A stretch of 64,000 nt of DNA, taken from assembly GCA_001792345.1 (NCBI GenBank), contig MGGJ01000009.1, forward strand, positions 3,711 to 67,710, given 5' to 3'. Numbering within the stretch: the stretch's first letter is position 1; every line of letters starts with the position of its first letter. The notes beneath the pieces were generated by a model. The model did not search any database. It was given only the letters and a program-made list of their open reading frames with translations, and was not told where the DNA came from. The translations under genes and the position numbers were made by a program. Of this stretch, positions 1 to 8,929 are shown piece by piece. This DNA is from Candidatus Woesebacteria bacterium RIFCSPHIGHO2_01_FULL_39_32. GTDB taxonomy: Bacteria > Patescibacteriota > Microgenomatia > UBA8517.

Positions 1-373
1 CTCCTGATTATTTGAGAAAATTCTTCTTCAAGTTTTGGTTTCTCTCGCCAATCAACTTCATTTTTATACGGAGATTTAGCGAAAGTAAAGGATTCGTTTG
101 CATAAGCTTTCCTTGTTTTACCATCAGCGCTAACTACAATGGCACCGTTAAGCTGAGGGTCTCCTTGGACCAAACCAGAAAATACATACCCGTCGCTTGA
201 CTTCGGAGCAAAGGGAGTGGGAGATATCCTGTACTTCTTGAGATCGGCGTTATATGGAGCAGCTATAACCAGTAAAACAAAAACGAATAGGATTAGTAAT
301 AGAAAGGCAAAAGTCAGTTTTTTAAATATTTTCAATAACCTGGGTACTTTAAGTTTGATTTCTCTTATATCCA
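1..373 (-). CDS. Hypothetical membrane-anchored protein. Partial: the start codon is at 371-373 and the gene continues past the window start.
   Basis: The reverse-strand reading frame is open from an ATG at 373 to the window edge. Its N-terminus is hydrophobic (LTFAFLLLILFVFVLLVIAAP). The ORF track omits it because there is no stop codon inside the window. Confidence 0.45.
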
Positions 374-375
374 TA

Positions 376-705
376 TTATTTCCGAATCTGCTCCAATATC
401 TCTTTCTCCAACATTTTTATTTCTTCTCGAATAACCTCCTCTATATCCTTCTCTGTCTTTTCATTAAGATATTTGAGGTGCCTCTCGTCATGTGGTGCTT
501 GATGAAACCTTATTAAGAATTCCTCGTGATGTTCACGAGGTAAAGCGTCAAGAATCAAACCTAAAATCCTGTGGTGAATTATTTCATCGACCAAATTCCA
601 TAGCTCTTCTTTCTCTTCAGGAGATTCGGTAACATTTTTAATTTCCGTTTCAACTTCAGTAAGTATTATTAGATGATCGTAAAAAATGTTACTCATACTT
701 CGCAA
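376..705 (-). CDS. Hypothetical acidic protein of about 106-109 aa. The likely start is the second ATG, at 696.
   Basis: ORF in the track. I recognise no motifs. Its start region is duplicated by a 19-bp direct repeat (see findings). Confidence 0.4.
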   Translation of the reverse strand: MRSMSNIFYDHLIILTEVETEIKNVTESPEEKEELWNLVDEIIHHRILGLILDALPREHHEEFLIRFHQAPHDERHLKYLNEKTEKDIEEVIREEIKMLEKEILEQIRK

Positions 706-785
706 TATCTTATAGCTCTGAGTTCAATTCATCCAACAAAAATTTGTCGGGTTCTTGAAACCATAGTAAAAAATGTTACTCATAA

Positions 786-1748
786 TTAATTCCTCAGCAT
801 GGCTATTTCCTGATTATTATACTCAACCGGTCCTAAAGAAATTTTATTTTCAGGGTCGTCAACAAAAAATACGATAACCGGACCCTTTTTGTATTTTGTA
901 CCACCAAGCGCGTCCATTACCTCAGGACTCCCTCCATATTGCTTTCCCGTCCAAGCGGCAGGACCTGAATCGGCAACTGCGGCAACTACCGCATTACCAT
1001 TTCTAACATTTACTATAAAAACTTTTCTATGTTTATACCAATCTTTCAAGTAAGGTTGGCGCGTATTCCAGTCAGGTAGATAAAGTGTTTGTACAACAGC
1101 ATACCAGCGTTCAACCTCCTCAAGACCTTCGGTTAATTCTTCTTTTGAAGGGGCAATATACCCCCATGCGGAAAACCCCGGTGCAATTCCCGCTTTAACA
1201 ACATCTTTGTCACCATGATTTTTAAGATTGTCCCCTGGATAACGTCTCAGGTGTTGTTCCGCACCTATAAATCCATAAGTTGTATTTAAATGCTCTCCCT
1301 CAAGCGTCGCCCTCGCCGGAATTCCAACAACATTACCGAAAACTTGTTCCAACAATTTCTCTTCTGTACGGCTCAATGATCTCGGACGAGTAGGCAAAAT
1401 CGAATTAAAAGTATCAACTAGTATCTTTTTTGAATTTTCATTTTTGGCTTTTTCATCGGTAAATTTGGCCAATATTTCATGGGGGGCTGGCAACATTTTT
1501 ATATTTGTGGGGGGATTAAGCAAAAGTGCACCGGTCAATGCACCGGCTCCGATAATTTTTGCCGAATGCTCACGAATCTTTCCAAGATCTAACCCTTTTC
1601 CTCGGAAAAATTTTTCGGCGTGAGGGTGTGTTTCCCGAATTTTCTCTTTCGCCTCAAGATTTTTTAATTTTAATCTCTGACGCAAGAGTTCAGTATCTAT
1701 TTTATTTGTATTAATACCAAAATATGTTTGTGCGGGCAGTTTCCCCAT
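786..1748 (-). CDS. RlpA-like double-psi beta-barrel (DPBB) domain protein, a putative cell-wall lytic transglycosylase-like factor.
   Basis: The C-terminal segment VFIVNVRNGNAVVAAVADSGP matches the RlpA/DPBB core pattern (V.N..NG..VV..V.D.GP). The N-terminal part is helical and charged. Confidence 0.4.
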   Translation of the reverse strand: MGKLPAQTYFGINTNKIDTELLRQRLKLKNLEAKEKIRETHPHAEKFFRGKGLDLGKIREHSAKIIGAGALTGALLLNPPTNIKMLPAPHEILAKFTDEKAKNENSKKILVDTFNSILPTRPRSLSRTEEKLLEQVFGNVVGIPARATLEGEHLNTTYGFIGAEQHLRRYPGDNLKNHGDKDVVKAGIAPGFSAWGYIAPSKEELTEGLEEVERWYAVVQTLYLPDWNTRQPYLKDWYKHRKVFIVNVRNGNAVVAAVADSGPAAWTGKQYGGSPEVMDALGGTKYKKGPVIVFFVDDPENKISLGPVEYNNQEIAMLRN

Positions 1749-1771
1749 AGATAGACTGTTATCGTAAGTAG

Positions 1772-3193
1772 TTATTTGTCAGATAAAATTTTATTGATTC
1801 TTTTTAATGTTTCTTCTTTACCTAAAATTACTATCGAATCGTTAATTGGCGGAGTAAATTTACTTCCAGCTATTGCTATTCGCAAATCCATAAAAAAATC
1901 TCCCGTTTTAAATCCCTTTTTTTCAATTTTTTTCATTAAATTATCATTCAAGTTCTCCAGATCCCAAGAATCCAGATTTTCAATAATATTATGTGCCGCT
2001 TGCAAGTGTTCTACCCAATTTTTTCCTAACATTTTCTTATCAACCCTCGGTTTTTCAAAAAAGAATCCAGCGAGTTGCCTTAATTCTGAAAGTTTTTTTA
2101 TTCTAGACTTAACGAGGGGCGATAACTTAATCAATAATTTTTTATCTATACCCACTGGAGCAAACTTGAGAGACCTTTGGGCAAAATCTTCATCTGTTAA
2201 TTTTTGTATGTACTGATTATTCATCCAAAGAAGTTTATCCCTATCAAAAGCGACTAAATCAGTCTTGTGAATTTTCTCAATCGAAAAAACTCGAATAAAC
2301 TCCTCTAAACTATAAAACTCCCTGTCAGTACCTGGATTCCAACCCAAAAACATTAGAAAATTAAGAAGTGCTTCAGCCAGATAACCTTCGTCTAGAAATT
2401 CTCTAGCTGAAACTGCTCCAAAGCGCTTTGATAACTTTTTCCCAGCACCCATTTCTTTTAAATTTGGAATATGAGCAAAATAAGGCATTTTCCAACCAAA
2501 TGCCTCATAAAGAAGAATATGTTTTGGAGTTGAAGGAATCCAATCATTTCCACGCATAACATGAGAAATTTTCATTAAATGATCGTCAACTACAACTGCA
2601 AAATGGTAAGTTGGGAACCCATCCGATTTAATTAGAACCTGATCATCTATGTTGTTTGAGGAAATTGATATTTTACCTGTAATTAAATCGTTGAAAGTTA
2701 CCTCTTTGTTTTCAGGAACTTTCATACGGATTACATAGGGTAACTTATTTACTAATTTTTCTTCAATTTCTTGCTTCTTAAGTTTTAGGCACAACCTATC
2801 ATACTTTGTAGAAACCACACCACGAGCCTTTTGTTCCTCACGCATTTTTGCCAATCGCTCTTCGGAACAAAAACAGTAGTATGCTGCTTTTTTCTTGAGA
2901 AGAATTTGGGCATGTTCTTGATAAATATCGAGTCGTTCAGACTGAATATAGGGTCCGTATGGACCTCCGACTCTAGGACCTTCGTCCCAACTGAGACCGT
3001 AATCGGAAATTACGTCTAAAATTCTATCAGTTGCACCTTCCACATAACGCTCTCTATCGGTATTTTCAATTCGAATAATAAAATCTCCCTTATTTTTTTT
3101 AGCAAAAGCCCAATTGTAAAGAAGTGTCCTTATATGACCAATATGGTATTCGCCTGTTGGGCTGGGGGCCATTCTTGTTCTTACCTTAGTCAT
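1772..3193 (-). CDS. gltX: Glutamyl-tRNA synthetase
   Basis: Class I HIGH motif (PSPTGEYHIGHIRT) and KMSKS-type motif (KKLSKRFG). Length 473 aa. Confidence 0.9.
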   Translation of the reverse strand: MTKVRTRMAPSPTGEYHIGHIRTLLYNWAFAKKNKGDFIIRIENTDRERYVEGATDRILDVISDYGLSWDEGPRVGGPYGPYIQSERLDIYQEHAQILLKKKAAYYCFCSEERLAKMREEQKARGVVSTKYDRLCLKLKKQEIEEKLVNKLPYVIRMKVPENKEVTFNDLITGKISISSNNIDDQVLIKSDGFPTYHFAVVVDDHLMKISHVMRGNDWIPSTPKHILLYEAFGWKMPYFAHIPNLKEMGAGKKLSKRFGAVSAREFLDEGYLAEALLNFLMFLGWNPGTDREFYSLEEFIRVFSIEKIHKTDLVAFDRDKLLWMNNQYIQKLTDEDFAQRSLKFAPVGIDKKLLIKLSPLVKSRIKKLSELRQLAGFFFEKPRVDKKMLGKNWVEHLQAAHNIIENLDSWDLENLNDNLMKKIEKKGFKTGDFFMDLRIAIAGSKFTPPINDSIVILGKEETLKRINKILSDK

Positions 3194-3288
3194 TTCAATT
3201 GAATTTTACAATTTTTAACCTTAATTTACTATAAATAGTAAAAATTGAATTTTCTCACGAGTGTAGTTATACTCAAAAGGATCCGTAT

Positions 3289-4422
3289 TTGTTTTCTTTG
3301 CCAAACTTTCTTTTTCGAAAAGAAAGTTTGAAAATGTGTATGGCGTCATTAACTTCCGTCTCAGTTTCAGCTCGCAAAGTAATCCGTTATGGAGTCTACG
3401 CGGTTATTCTCATTCTAATTTTGCGCTTTGCTTTTAATGTAAGTCTTAATTTATATCGGAGATTTTTTCCTCCCAGGCAACCAGAACCTACTCTCGCTTT
3501 TGGGAAGCTACCAAAATTAGCTTTACCAGATAGACCTACTCCACAAAATATTGCTTACACTCTCGAATTACCAGAAGGCAACCTTCCAACACTTATCGAG
3601 CAAGCCGTTGTGTATACTATGCCTCCATTTCAGTCAGATATTGAAGTAGTAGATAACGCCAAAAAGACAGCCCAATCTTTGGGTTTTCGACCCGATGGTA
3701 AGGTTATTGTTGAAAGCATCCCAAACGTATATATCTTCGAAAAATCTGGTGGGTTATCGAACCTAACTATGAATGTGATAACCGGAGTATTTTCTATAAG
3801 TTACAATATTAACCAAAATCCGAGTGTTGTGAGAGATACGGCTTCTACACCTGAGGCAGCAATTGAATTCGTGCGATCATTTTTAGAAGGTGCGAAATTA
3901 CTCCAAAGTGATCTAAGTGATGGACCAGCTACACATGGATTTTTAAAATATGAAGCAGGAAAATTTGTTCCTGCAATTTCTCAATCTGAAGCAAACGCAA
4001 TTAAAGTAAATTTATTTAGAAAAGGCTATGGAGCAAAAAATCAAGATATTCCAAGTGTAACTCCTGACATGCCGGAATCAAATGTTTGGTTTATTGTTGC
4101 AGGTAGGTCAAGACAAATTATTGCTGCCGAGTATCATTATTTCCCGATCGATAAAGACAAAATCGCAACTTACCCACTTAAGACGTCAGAAGCAGCTTTT
4201 GAAGAACTAAAGCAGGGTAAAGCCTTCATTACAAATTTACCGAGCATTACAGGAGGTTCTGTAATTATTAGGAAGGTATATCTTTCCTATTACGACGCCG
4301 GCCAGTACGCAGAATACTATCAACCCGTAATAGTATTTGAGGGAGATAATAACTTTTACGGCTTCGTGCCCGCAGTCATCGACGAGCATTATGGAAAAGA
4401 ACAGACTGTTAATCAGCAGTAA
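3289..4422 (+). CDS. Hypothetical membrane-anchored protein
   Basis: ORF with an N-terminal transmembrane segment (VYAVILILILRFAF). No recognisable catalytic motifs. Confidence 0.5.
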   Translation: MFSLPNFLFRKESLKMCMASLTSVSVSARKVIRYGVYAVILILILRFAFNVSLNLYRRFFPPRQPEPTLAFGKLPKLALPDRPTPQNIAYTLELPEGNLPTLIEQAVVYTMPPFQSDIEVVDNAKKTAQSLGFRPDGKVIVESIPNVYIFEKSGGLSNLTMNVITGVFSISYNINQNPSVVRDTASTPEAAIEFVRSFLEGAKLLQSDLSDGPATHGFLKYEAGKFVPAISQSEANAIKVNLFRKGYGAKNQDIPSVTPDMPESNVWFIVAGRSRQIIAAEYHYFPIDKDKIATYPLKTSEAAFEELKQGKAFITNLPSITGGSVIIRKVYLSYYDAGQYAEYYQPVIVFEGDNNFYGFVPAVIDEHYGKEQTVNQQ

Positions 4423-5344
4423 GGGGTGTTACTAGTCCTTTCCATTCAAAGCTTTCCCAAATCCAATCGATCAGTTGTTTGGTTTCTCCAAATCTGTCCT
4501 GACTTCCCAAAATTGCAATCATAATTTTTTTATCCTCACGTTCGACATAAGTCACCAAATTTTCCTGCGCGTTTTCAGTCCAACCAGTTTTTACTCCAAG
4601 AACGCCATCAACCTGTCCTAATAATTCATTTATGTTAAATAACCTGTGAGAAGTTTTACCATCGACACTTTTTACTGTTATCTGCCTGGTTCCAACCATT
4701 TCGCGAAATGTAGGATTTTTCATAGCAACGGATGATACGCGCACCAAGTCCCGCGCACTTGTGACATGTCCTACACCATCAAGTCCAGAAGGATTATAAA
4801 ATGATGAATTTTCAAGATAGAGTTCTTTTGCTTTCAAATTCATTGAAGTAACGAATGAGGCACGACCACCTGGATAGTTTTTTGCCAAAACTTCGGCTGC
4901 ATCATTAGCACTATAAACTAAAAGTCCGTACAGAAGATCTCTAACGGTAATTTTTTCGCCTAATTTAAGGTTCATTTTTTGTCCATCAATTGCTACCTCG
5001 TTGCCTGCGGTTAAAACCTCATCTGGATGATAATAGTCCATTGATACAAGTGCCGTGACAATTTTTGTCGTTGACGCCGGTAAAAGCGCGTTATCTGGAT
5101 TTTTTTCGTATAATGTAACACCCGACGGCAAATCCACAACTAAGGATGCGGAAGCTGAAAGTTCGGGAAAACTTGATTTATTTACTAAAACTGGAATTGG
5201 GGGCAAAATCATGTTTTCATCTTTCTGCGAGACTTTTGTTTTGGGAATTTCCTTTTTGGGAGCAATAAAACCGAATCTAGTTATCGCAAGAGTTGAGGTT
5301 GCAATAAAGAAAAAGGATAAGGCAGATAAAAGAAGTAATTTCAT
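4409..5344 (-). CDS. D-alanyl-D-alanine carboxypeptidase (S11 peptidase, PBP5/6-like)
   Basis: N-terminal signal peptide. SxxK motif (ASTTK), SxN motif (YSANDAA) and KTG motif (KTGWT). Confidence 0.8.
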   Translation of the reverse strand: MKLLLLSALSFFFIATSTLAITRFGFIAPKKEIPKTKVSQKDENMILPPIPVLVNKSSFPELSASASLVVDLPSGVTLYEKNPDNALLPASTTKIVTALVSMDYYHPDEVLTAGNEVAIDGQKMNLKLGEKITVRDLLYGLLVYSANDAAEVLAKNYPGGRASFVTSMNLKAKELYLENSSFYNPSGLDGVGHVTSARDLVRVSSVAMKNPTFREMVGTRQITVKSVDGKTSHRLFNINELLGQVDGVLGVKTGWTENAQENLVTYVEREDKKIMIAILGSQDRFGETKQLIDWIWESFEWKGLVTPLTAD

Positions 5345-5386
5345 GACAAATACAAATGTAACCCTAAAGAATTATTTTTGCAATGT

Positions 5387-7192
5387 CTAGCCAAGAGTAA
5401 TTAACTCCGGTTTCTCAACTTTTACAAAATCATGATATTTCATCTTTATCGATCTGTCGTGTCGTCCGGCGTTAAACGCAATTTCTTCAACATCACCCAA
5501 TCTTGAATCAACATATGTTTTTAAACCAACAGATGAGCCAATGGGTGGAACTGCTCCGACTTCCAACCCCGTCTTTGCTTTTACTGACTCTTTGGAAGCC
5601 ATTCTTAACTTTTTAACTTTCAACTTGTTTTGAAGTTTTTCTAAATCAGCTTGAATGTCAGCCGGTAAGACATACAAAATAAAATCTTTGTCCGCTTGTA
5701 ATACTAGAGCCTTTGCTCCCTGGTGAATATCCGTACCACGAACTATGGCGGCTTGTTCACTTGTGTAAACCGGCTCATGTTCATACTTTTCAAATAAAAT
5801 CTCGTTTGACTTTAATAAATCGATAATTTTTTCGTATATATCTTTTTCTTTAGTTTCCGATCCTTTAGTTCCTTTCCGCAAAGTTGAAAGACGAATATCT
5901 ACCCTCTCCATATCCCTTGGGAAAATAGAGGCCTCACGAATATTTTTTAGACCTAATATATGCATCGTTATTCTCTCAGCACCGAACGCAAATCCACCTA
6001 GTGGCGGCATACCATACTTAAATGCCTGTAGATAAAGTTCAATATTTTCAGGAGTTACCCCCCACTTTTTGGCGTGCTCAACTAGTGTATCGTAATCATG
6101 AATTCTCCGACCACCTGTCATCCACTCAGTACCTCGCCCAATTAGATCAAAGCCTTGGTTATATTCTGGTTCATCGGGATCAGGATATGTATAAAATGGT
6201 CTTGCATAGGTTGGATAATGACTAACAAAAACCAAATCCGATCCATGAACTTCCTTTGACCATAAACAAATTTCTCTCTCATCATCTGGTGCCAAATCTT
6301 TTTCGCGACGTACATCGCGACCAGTTCTTTCAAAAATAGTTTGTTGGGCATCTCTGAGTTTTATTATTGGAATATTTTCGGCAACTGACGGGGTTGTTGC
6401 ATTATACATTGCAAGTTCCTTTTTACACTTCTCGTCAACTTCTTTCAAAATAAACTTTATTACGTACTCCGCCATTCCTTTAACTTCCAAATAATCTTTG
6501 ATAAAGCCGAATTCTGCGTCCAAACTTATTACTTCAGTTAAATGTCTCGTTGTGACCGAAGGTTCAGCACGAAAAACTTTATTGACGCTAAATACCCTCT
6601 CAAAGACACTAACCAACAGAGACTTATAAAGTTGAGGGCTCTGGGCAAGATAAGTTTTATGATCAAAATACTTAACCTCAAAGATTTCCGCTCCTCCTTC
6701 TGGGGCTGAAGATATGATTGAAGGAGCTTGAAATTCAACGAATTCCTTTTGCTGAAGCGCTCTTCTGAAAGCGTCTACAACTACTTCTTGAACTTTAAAA
6801 ATTGCCTTAATTTTTGGGTGCCTTAGAGTGAGAGATCTATAATCAAGTAGCGTTGGCAACTCTAACTCCAGATTTTCGACTCCCATATCAAACGGAAGCT
6901 CTGCAGATTTGGATAAAATATTTAAGTTTTCAATTTCAATCTCAATGGTTCCAGTTTCCATTCTCGGATTGACCAAGTTTTCCGGTCTTTTTTTGACTAA
7001 ACCGCTTATTTCAACTACTGACTCGGGATTAACTTTAGTTAAATCTTTTCCTACACATTGAACAATTCCGCTTCTGTCTCGAAGATCTATGAAGGTGATC
7101 TTTCCGTGATCACGGATAGTATTTACCCAACCGGCTAAGGTAACTTTCTCTCCAACTTTATTGACAGTTTCCTTAACTAAAGTTCTTTCCAT
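5387..7192 (-). CDS. aspS: Archaeal/eukaryal-type aspartyl-tRNA synthetase with a fused C-terminal YbaK/ProX-like aminoacyl-tRNA deacylase domain
   Basis: OB-fold anticodon-binding N-terminus (GWVNTIRDHGKITFIDLRDRSGIVQ). Class II motif 2 (FRAEPSVTTRHLTEV) and motif 3 (GGFAFGAERITMHILGLKNIREASIFPRDMERVD), the latter of the archaeal AspRS type (FPRD..R). The C-terminal ~150 aa (YEHEPVYTSEQA...KALVLQ...TGLEVGAVPPIG) matches the YbaK/ProX fold. The first in-frame ATG is at 7192; the track used a TTG at 7210. Confidence 0.8.
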   Translation of the reverse strand: MERTLVKETVNKVGEKVTLAGWVNTIRDHGKITFIDLRDRSGIVQCVGKDLTKVNPESVVEISGLVKKRPENLVNPRMETGTIEIEIENLNILSKSAELPFDMGVENLELELPTLLDYRSLTLRHPKIKAIFKVQEVVVDAFRRALQQKEFVEFQAPSIISSAPEGGAEIFEVKYFDHKTYLAQSPQLYKSLLVSVFERVFSVNKVFRAEPSVTTRHLTEVISLDAEFGFIKDYLEVKGMAEYVIKFILKEVDEKCKKELAMYNATTPSVAENIPIIKLRDAQQTIFERTGRDVRREKDLAPDDEREICLWSKEVHGSDLVFVSHYPTYARPFYTYPDPDEPEYNQGFDLIGRGTEWMTGGRRIHDYDTLVEHAKKWGVTPENIELYLQAFKYGMPPLGGFAFGAERITMHILGLKNIREASIFPRDMERVDIRLSTLRKGTKGSETKEKDIYEKIIDLLKSNEILFEKYEHEPVYTSEQAAIVRGTDIHQGAKALVLQADKDFILYVLPADIQADLEKLQNKLKVKKLRMASKESVKAKTGLEVGAVPPIGSSVGLKTYVDSRLGDVEEIAFNAGRHDRSIKMKYHDFVKVEKPELITLG

Positions 7193-7210
7193 GGTTTTAT
7201 TATGACACAA

Positions 7211-7402
7211 AATAAAAAGCCCCTGTAAAATCCGACAAAAAATCGGAGCTTACAGGGGCCCTTTGAATAAGGACGGTACCACCCTAATTTGTAACTTAAT
7301 TTTGTGCTGTTACGGGCACTTCCCGAAAGGTTCTACTTGCCTTAAAGGCTTTCTTCCTTCGGCTCTCCCGATGTTTGTCGGGATCAAACGCCTTTATTTA
7401 TT
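7211..7402 (-). promoter_or_regulatory. T-box riboswitch leader upstream of aspS
   Basis: The minus strand carries the T-box consensus AAUUAGGGUGGUACCG (plus-strand coordinates 7274-7289). It overlaps the 5' half of a strong terminator hairpin (GCCCCUGUAA...UUACAGGGGC, 7219-7259) that is followed by a U-run ending just before the aspS start. Confidence 0.7.
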
Positions 7403-7408
7403 CTGGTA

Positions 7409-7437
7409 AGTATAAAACCGATATTATTTTCTGTCAA
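7409..7437 (-). promoter_or_regulatory. Sigma70-like promoter for the T-box/aspS transcript
   Basis: On the minus strand: TTGACA (7437-7432), a 17-nt spacer, then TATACT (7414-7409). It lies inside the 3' end of rel. Confidence 0.45.
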
Positions 7438-8929
7438 CATCAGTTTTTCTCAAAGCTTTACCAATTTCTCGACGGGCTTGGGTAGTTACGACAAACTCCA
7501 ACCAATCATGATTTGGACTTCTTTTTTCTTTAGATTTCAAAATTTCTACAACCTGTCCACTTTTTAACTTATAATTTAAAGGAATTATTTTCCCGTCGGC
7601 TTTAGCAGCTTTTAAATAATCTCCCAAATCAGAGTGAAGCGCGTATGCAAAGTCTATGGGTGTGCTACCAACTGGTAGATCAAAAACGTCTCCTCGCGGC
7701 GAAAAAACAAAAATTCGCTCTCTTAATGCATCGAATTTCACCGCCTGAAGAAATTCCTTAGAGTCTGAAATTTCCTTTTGCCATTCGGCAAGTTGCTTTA
7801 TCCAAGAGAGTTTTTCCTCTGAGGCGGTCACACCTCTCTTATCAAGTTCTTGATCATTAATTACGGCCTTTCTCTTTGCGTCAGAGTAAGCCCAATGCGC
7901 AGCAACCCCATGCTCTGCCTGTTCATGCATATCAAAAGTACGTATCTGAACCTCAGTAATTTTTCCTCTTGGTCCAAAAACTCTTGTATGAATCGATTGG
8001 TAGCCGTTTGGTTTTGGCTGGGCTATGAAATCGGAAATTCCAAAGTGTGGAACTAGCTTAAAAGATCTATGAACAACTCCCAGCGCCGTATAGCACTCTG
8101 TAACGGTTTTTACCAGAATCCTGAGTGCGACAATGTCATAAATCTTACCGAAATTCCATTCTATTCCAAGTCTTTCCAGTTTTTTCCAAAGAGAGTAAAA
8201 ACTCTTCTTTCTCCCATCTATTTTTGCTTCAATACCTTCAGATGACAGCGCTTTTAGAAGGCTTCGTTTCATTTTCCTTATATTTTCTTCGGCCTTTTTA
8301 TAGTAGATTGTGGCGCCCTTTTTTACCCTCACATATTCACTAGGGAAAACATAGGGAAATGCCAAGTCCTCAAGTTCAGAACTCACCTGCCCCATTCCCA
8401 GTCTTTCAGATAGCGGAGCATAAATCTCCAAGGTTTCTAGAGCAATTTTTTCTTGTCTATCCTTTGGAACATATGAAAGAGTTCTCATATTGTGAAGTCT
8501 GTCGGCAAGTTTCACTAAAACTACCCGCAAATCCTTTGCCATCGCCAAAAACATTTTTCTTAAATTCTCGATATACTCTTCTTCAATCTCTTGCTTCTTA
8601 AGTTTTATGTGAGAAACTTTTGTAACGCCATCAACTAGACGTGCAACCTCTTCACCAAATTCTTTTTTTATATCGGATAGATCTGCGGCCCCGTCTTCAA
8701 CTACGTCATGTAAAAATCCCGCAACAATTGTGTCTGTATCAAGTTTCCAAGAAGTTAGAATCTTTGCAGTTTCAAGTTCGTGAATAACGTAAGGTTCTCC
8801 ACTATATCTTTTTTGTCCGGTATGGGCTAGTTTGGCAAATTTCCACGCCTTTTTAATCAAATCCAAGGCAAGTTTGTTGTCGTTGTAGCTTTTAACTATC
8901 TTTAATACTTCCCTAAAATCATTCTCCAT
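7424..8929 (-). CDS. rel: Bifunctional (p)ppGpp synthetase/hydrolase, Rel/SpoT homolog. Short form ending after the TGS domain.
   Basis: HD hydrolase domain (HTGQKR...HDVVED), synthetase domain (YQSIHTRVF...EVQIRTFDMH) and TGS domain (IFVFSPRGDVFDLPVGSTPIDFAY). Only 501 aa, with no ACT/RRM C-terminal region. Confidence 0.85.
   Translation of the reverse strand: MENDFREVLKIVKSYNDNKLALDLIKKAWKFAKLAHTGQKRYSGEPYVIHELETAKILTSWKLDTDTIVAGFLHDVVEDGAADLSDIKKEFGEEVARLVDGVTKVSHIKLKKQEIEEEYIENLRKMFLAMAKDLRVVLVKLADRLHNMRTLSYVPKDRQEKIALETLEIYAPLSERLGMGQVSSELEDLAFPYVFPSEYVRVKKGATIYYKKAEENIRKMKRSLLKALSSEGIEAKIDGRKKSFYSLWKKLERLGIEWNFGKIYDIVALRILVKTVTECYTALGVVHRSFKLVPHFGISDFIAQPKPNGYQSIHTRVFGPRGKITEVQIRTFDMHEQAEHGVAAHWAYSDAKRKAVINDQELDKRGVTASEEKLSWIKQLAEWQKEISDSKEFLQAVKFDALRERIFVFSPRGDVFDLPVGSTPIDFAYALHSDLGDYLKAAKADGKIIPLNYKLKSGQVVEILKSKEKRSPNHDWLEFVVTTQARREIGKALRKTDVDRK

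Noticed and set aside
217-516. 99-aa plus-strand ORF
   Set aside because: It overlaps two better-supported minus-strand genes and has a low-complexity, hydrophobic, AT-driven translation. Likely spurious.
1776-2216. 146-aa plus-strand ORF antisense to gltX, and similar antisense ORFs (for example 9024..9383, 15786..16175, 41543..41845)
   Set aside because: They are embedded antisense in well-supported conserved genes. These are typical shadow ORFs.
3194-3288. Possible T-box upstream of gltX
   Set aside because: The leader is only about 95 nt. It contains no T-box consensus or terminator/antiterminator pair.
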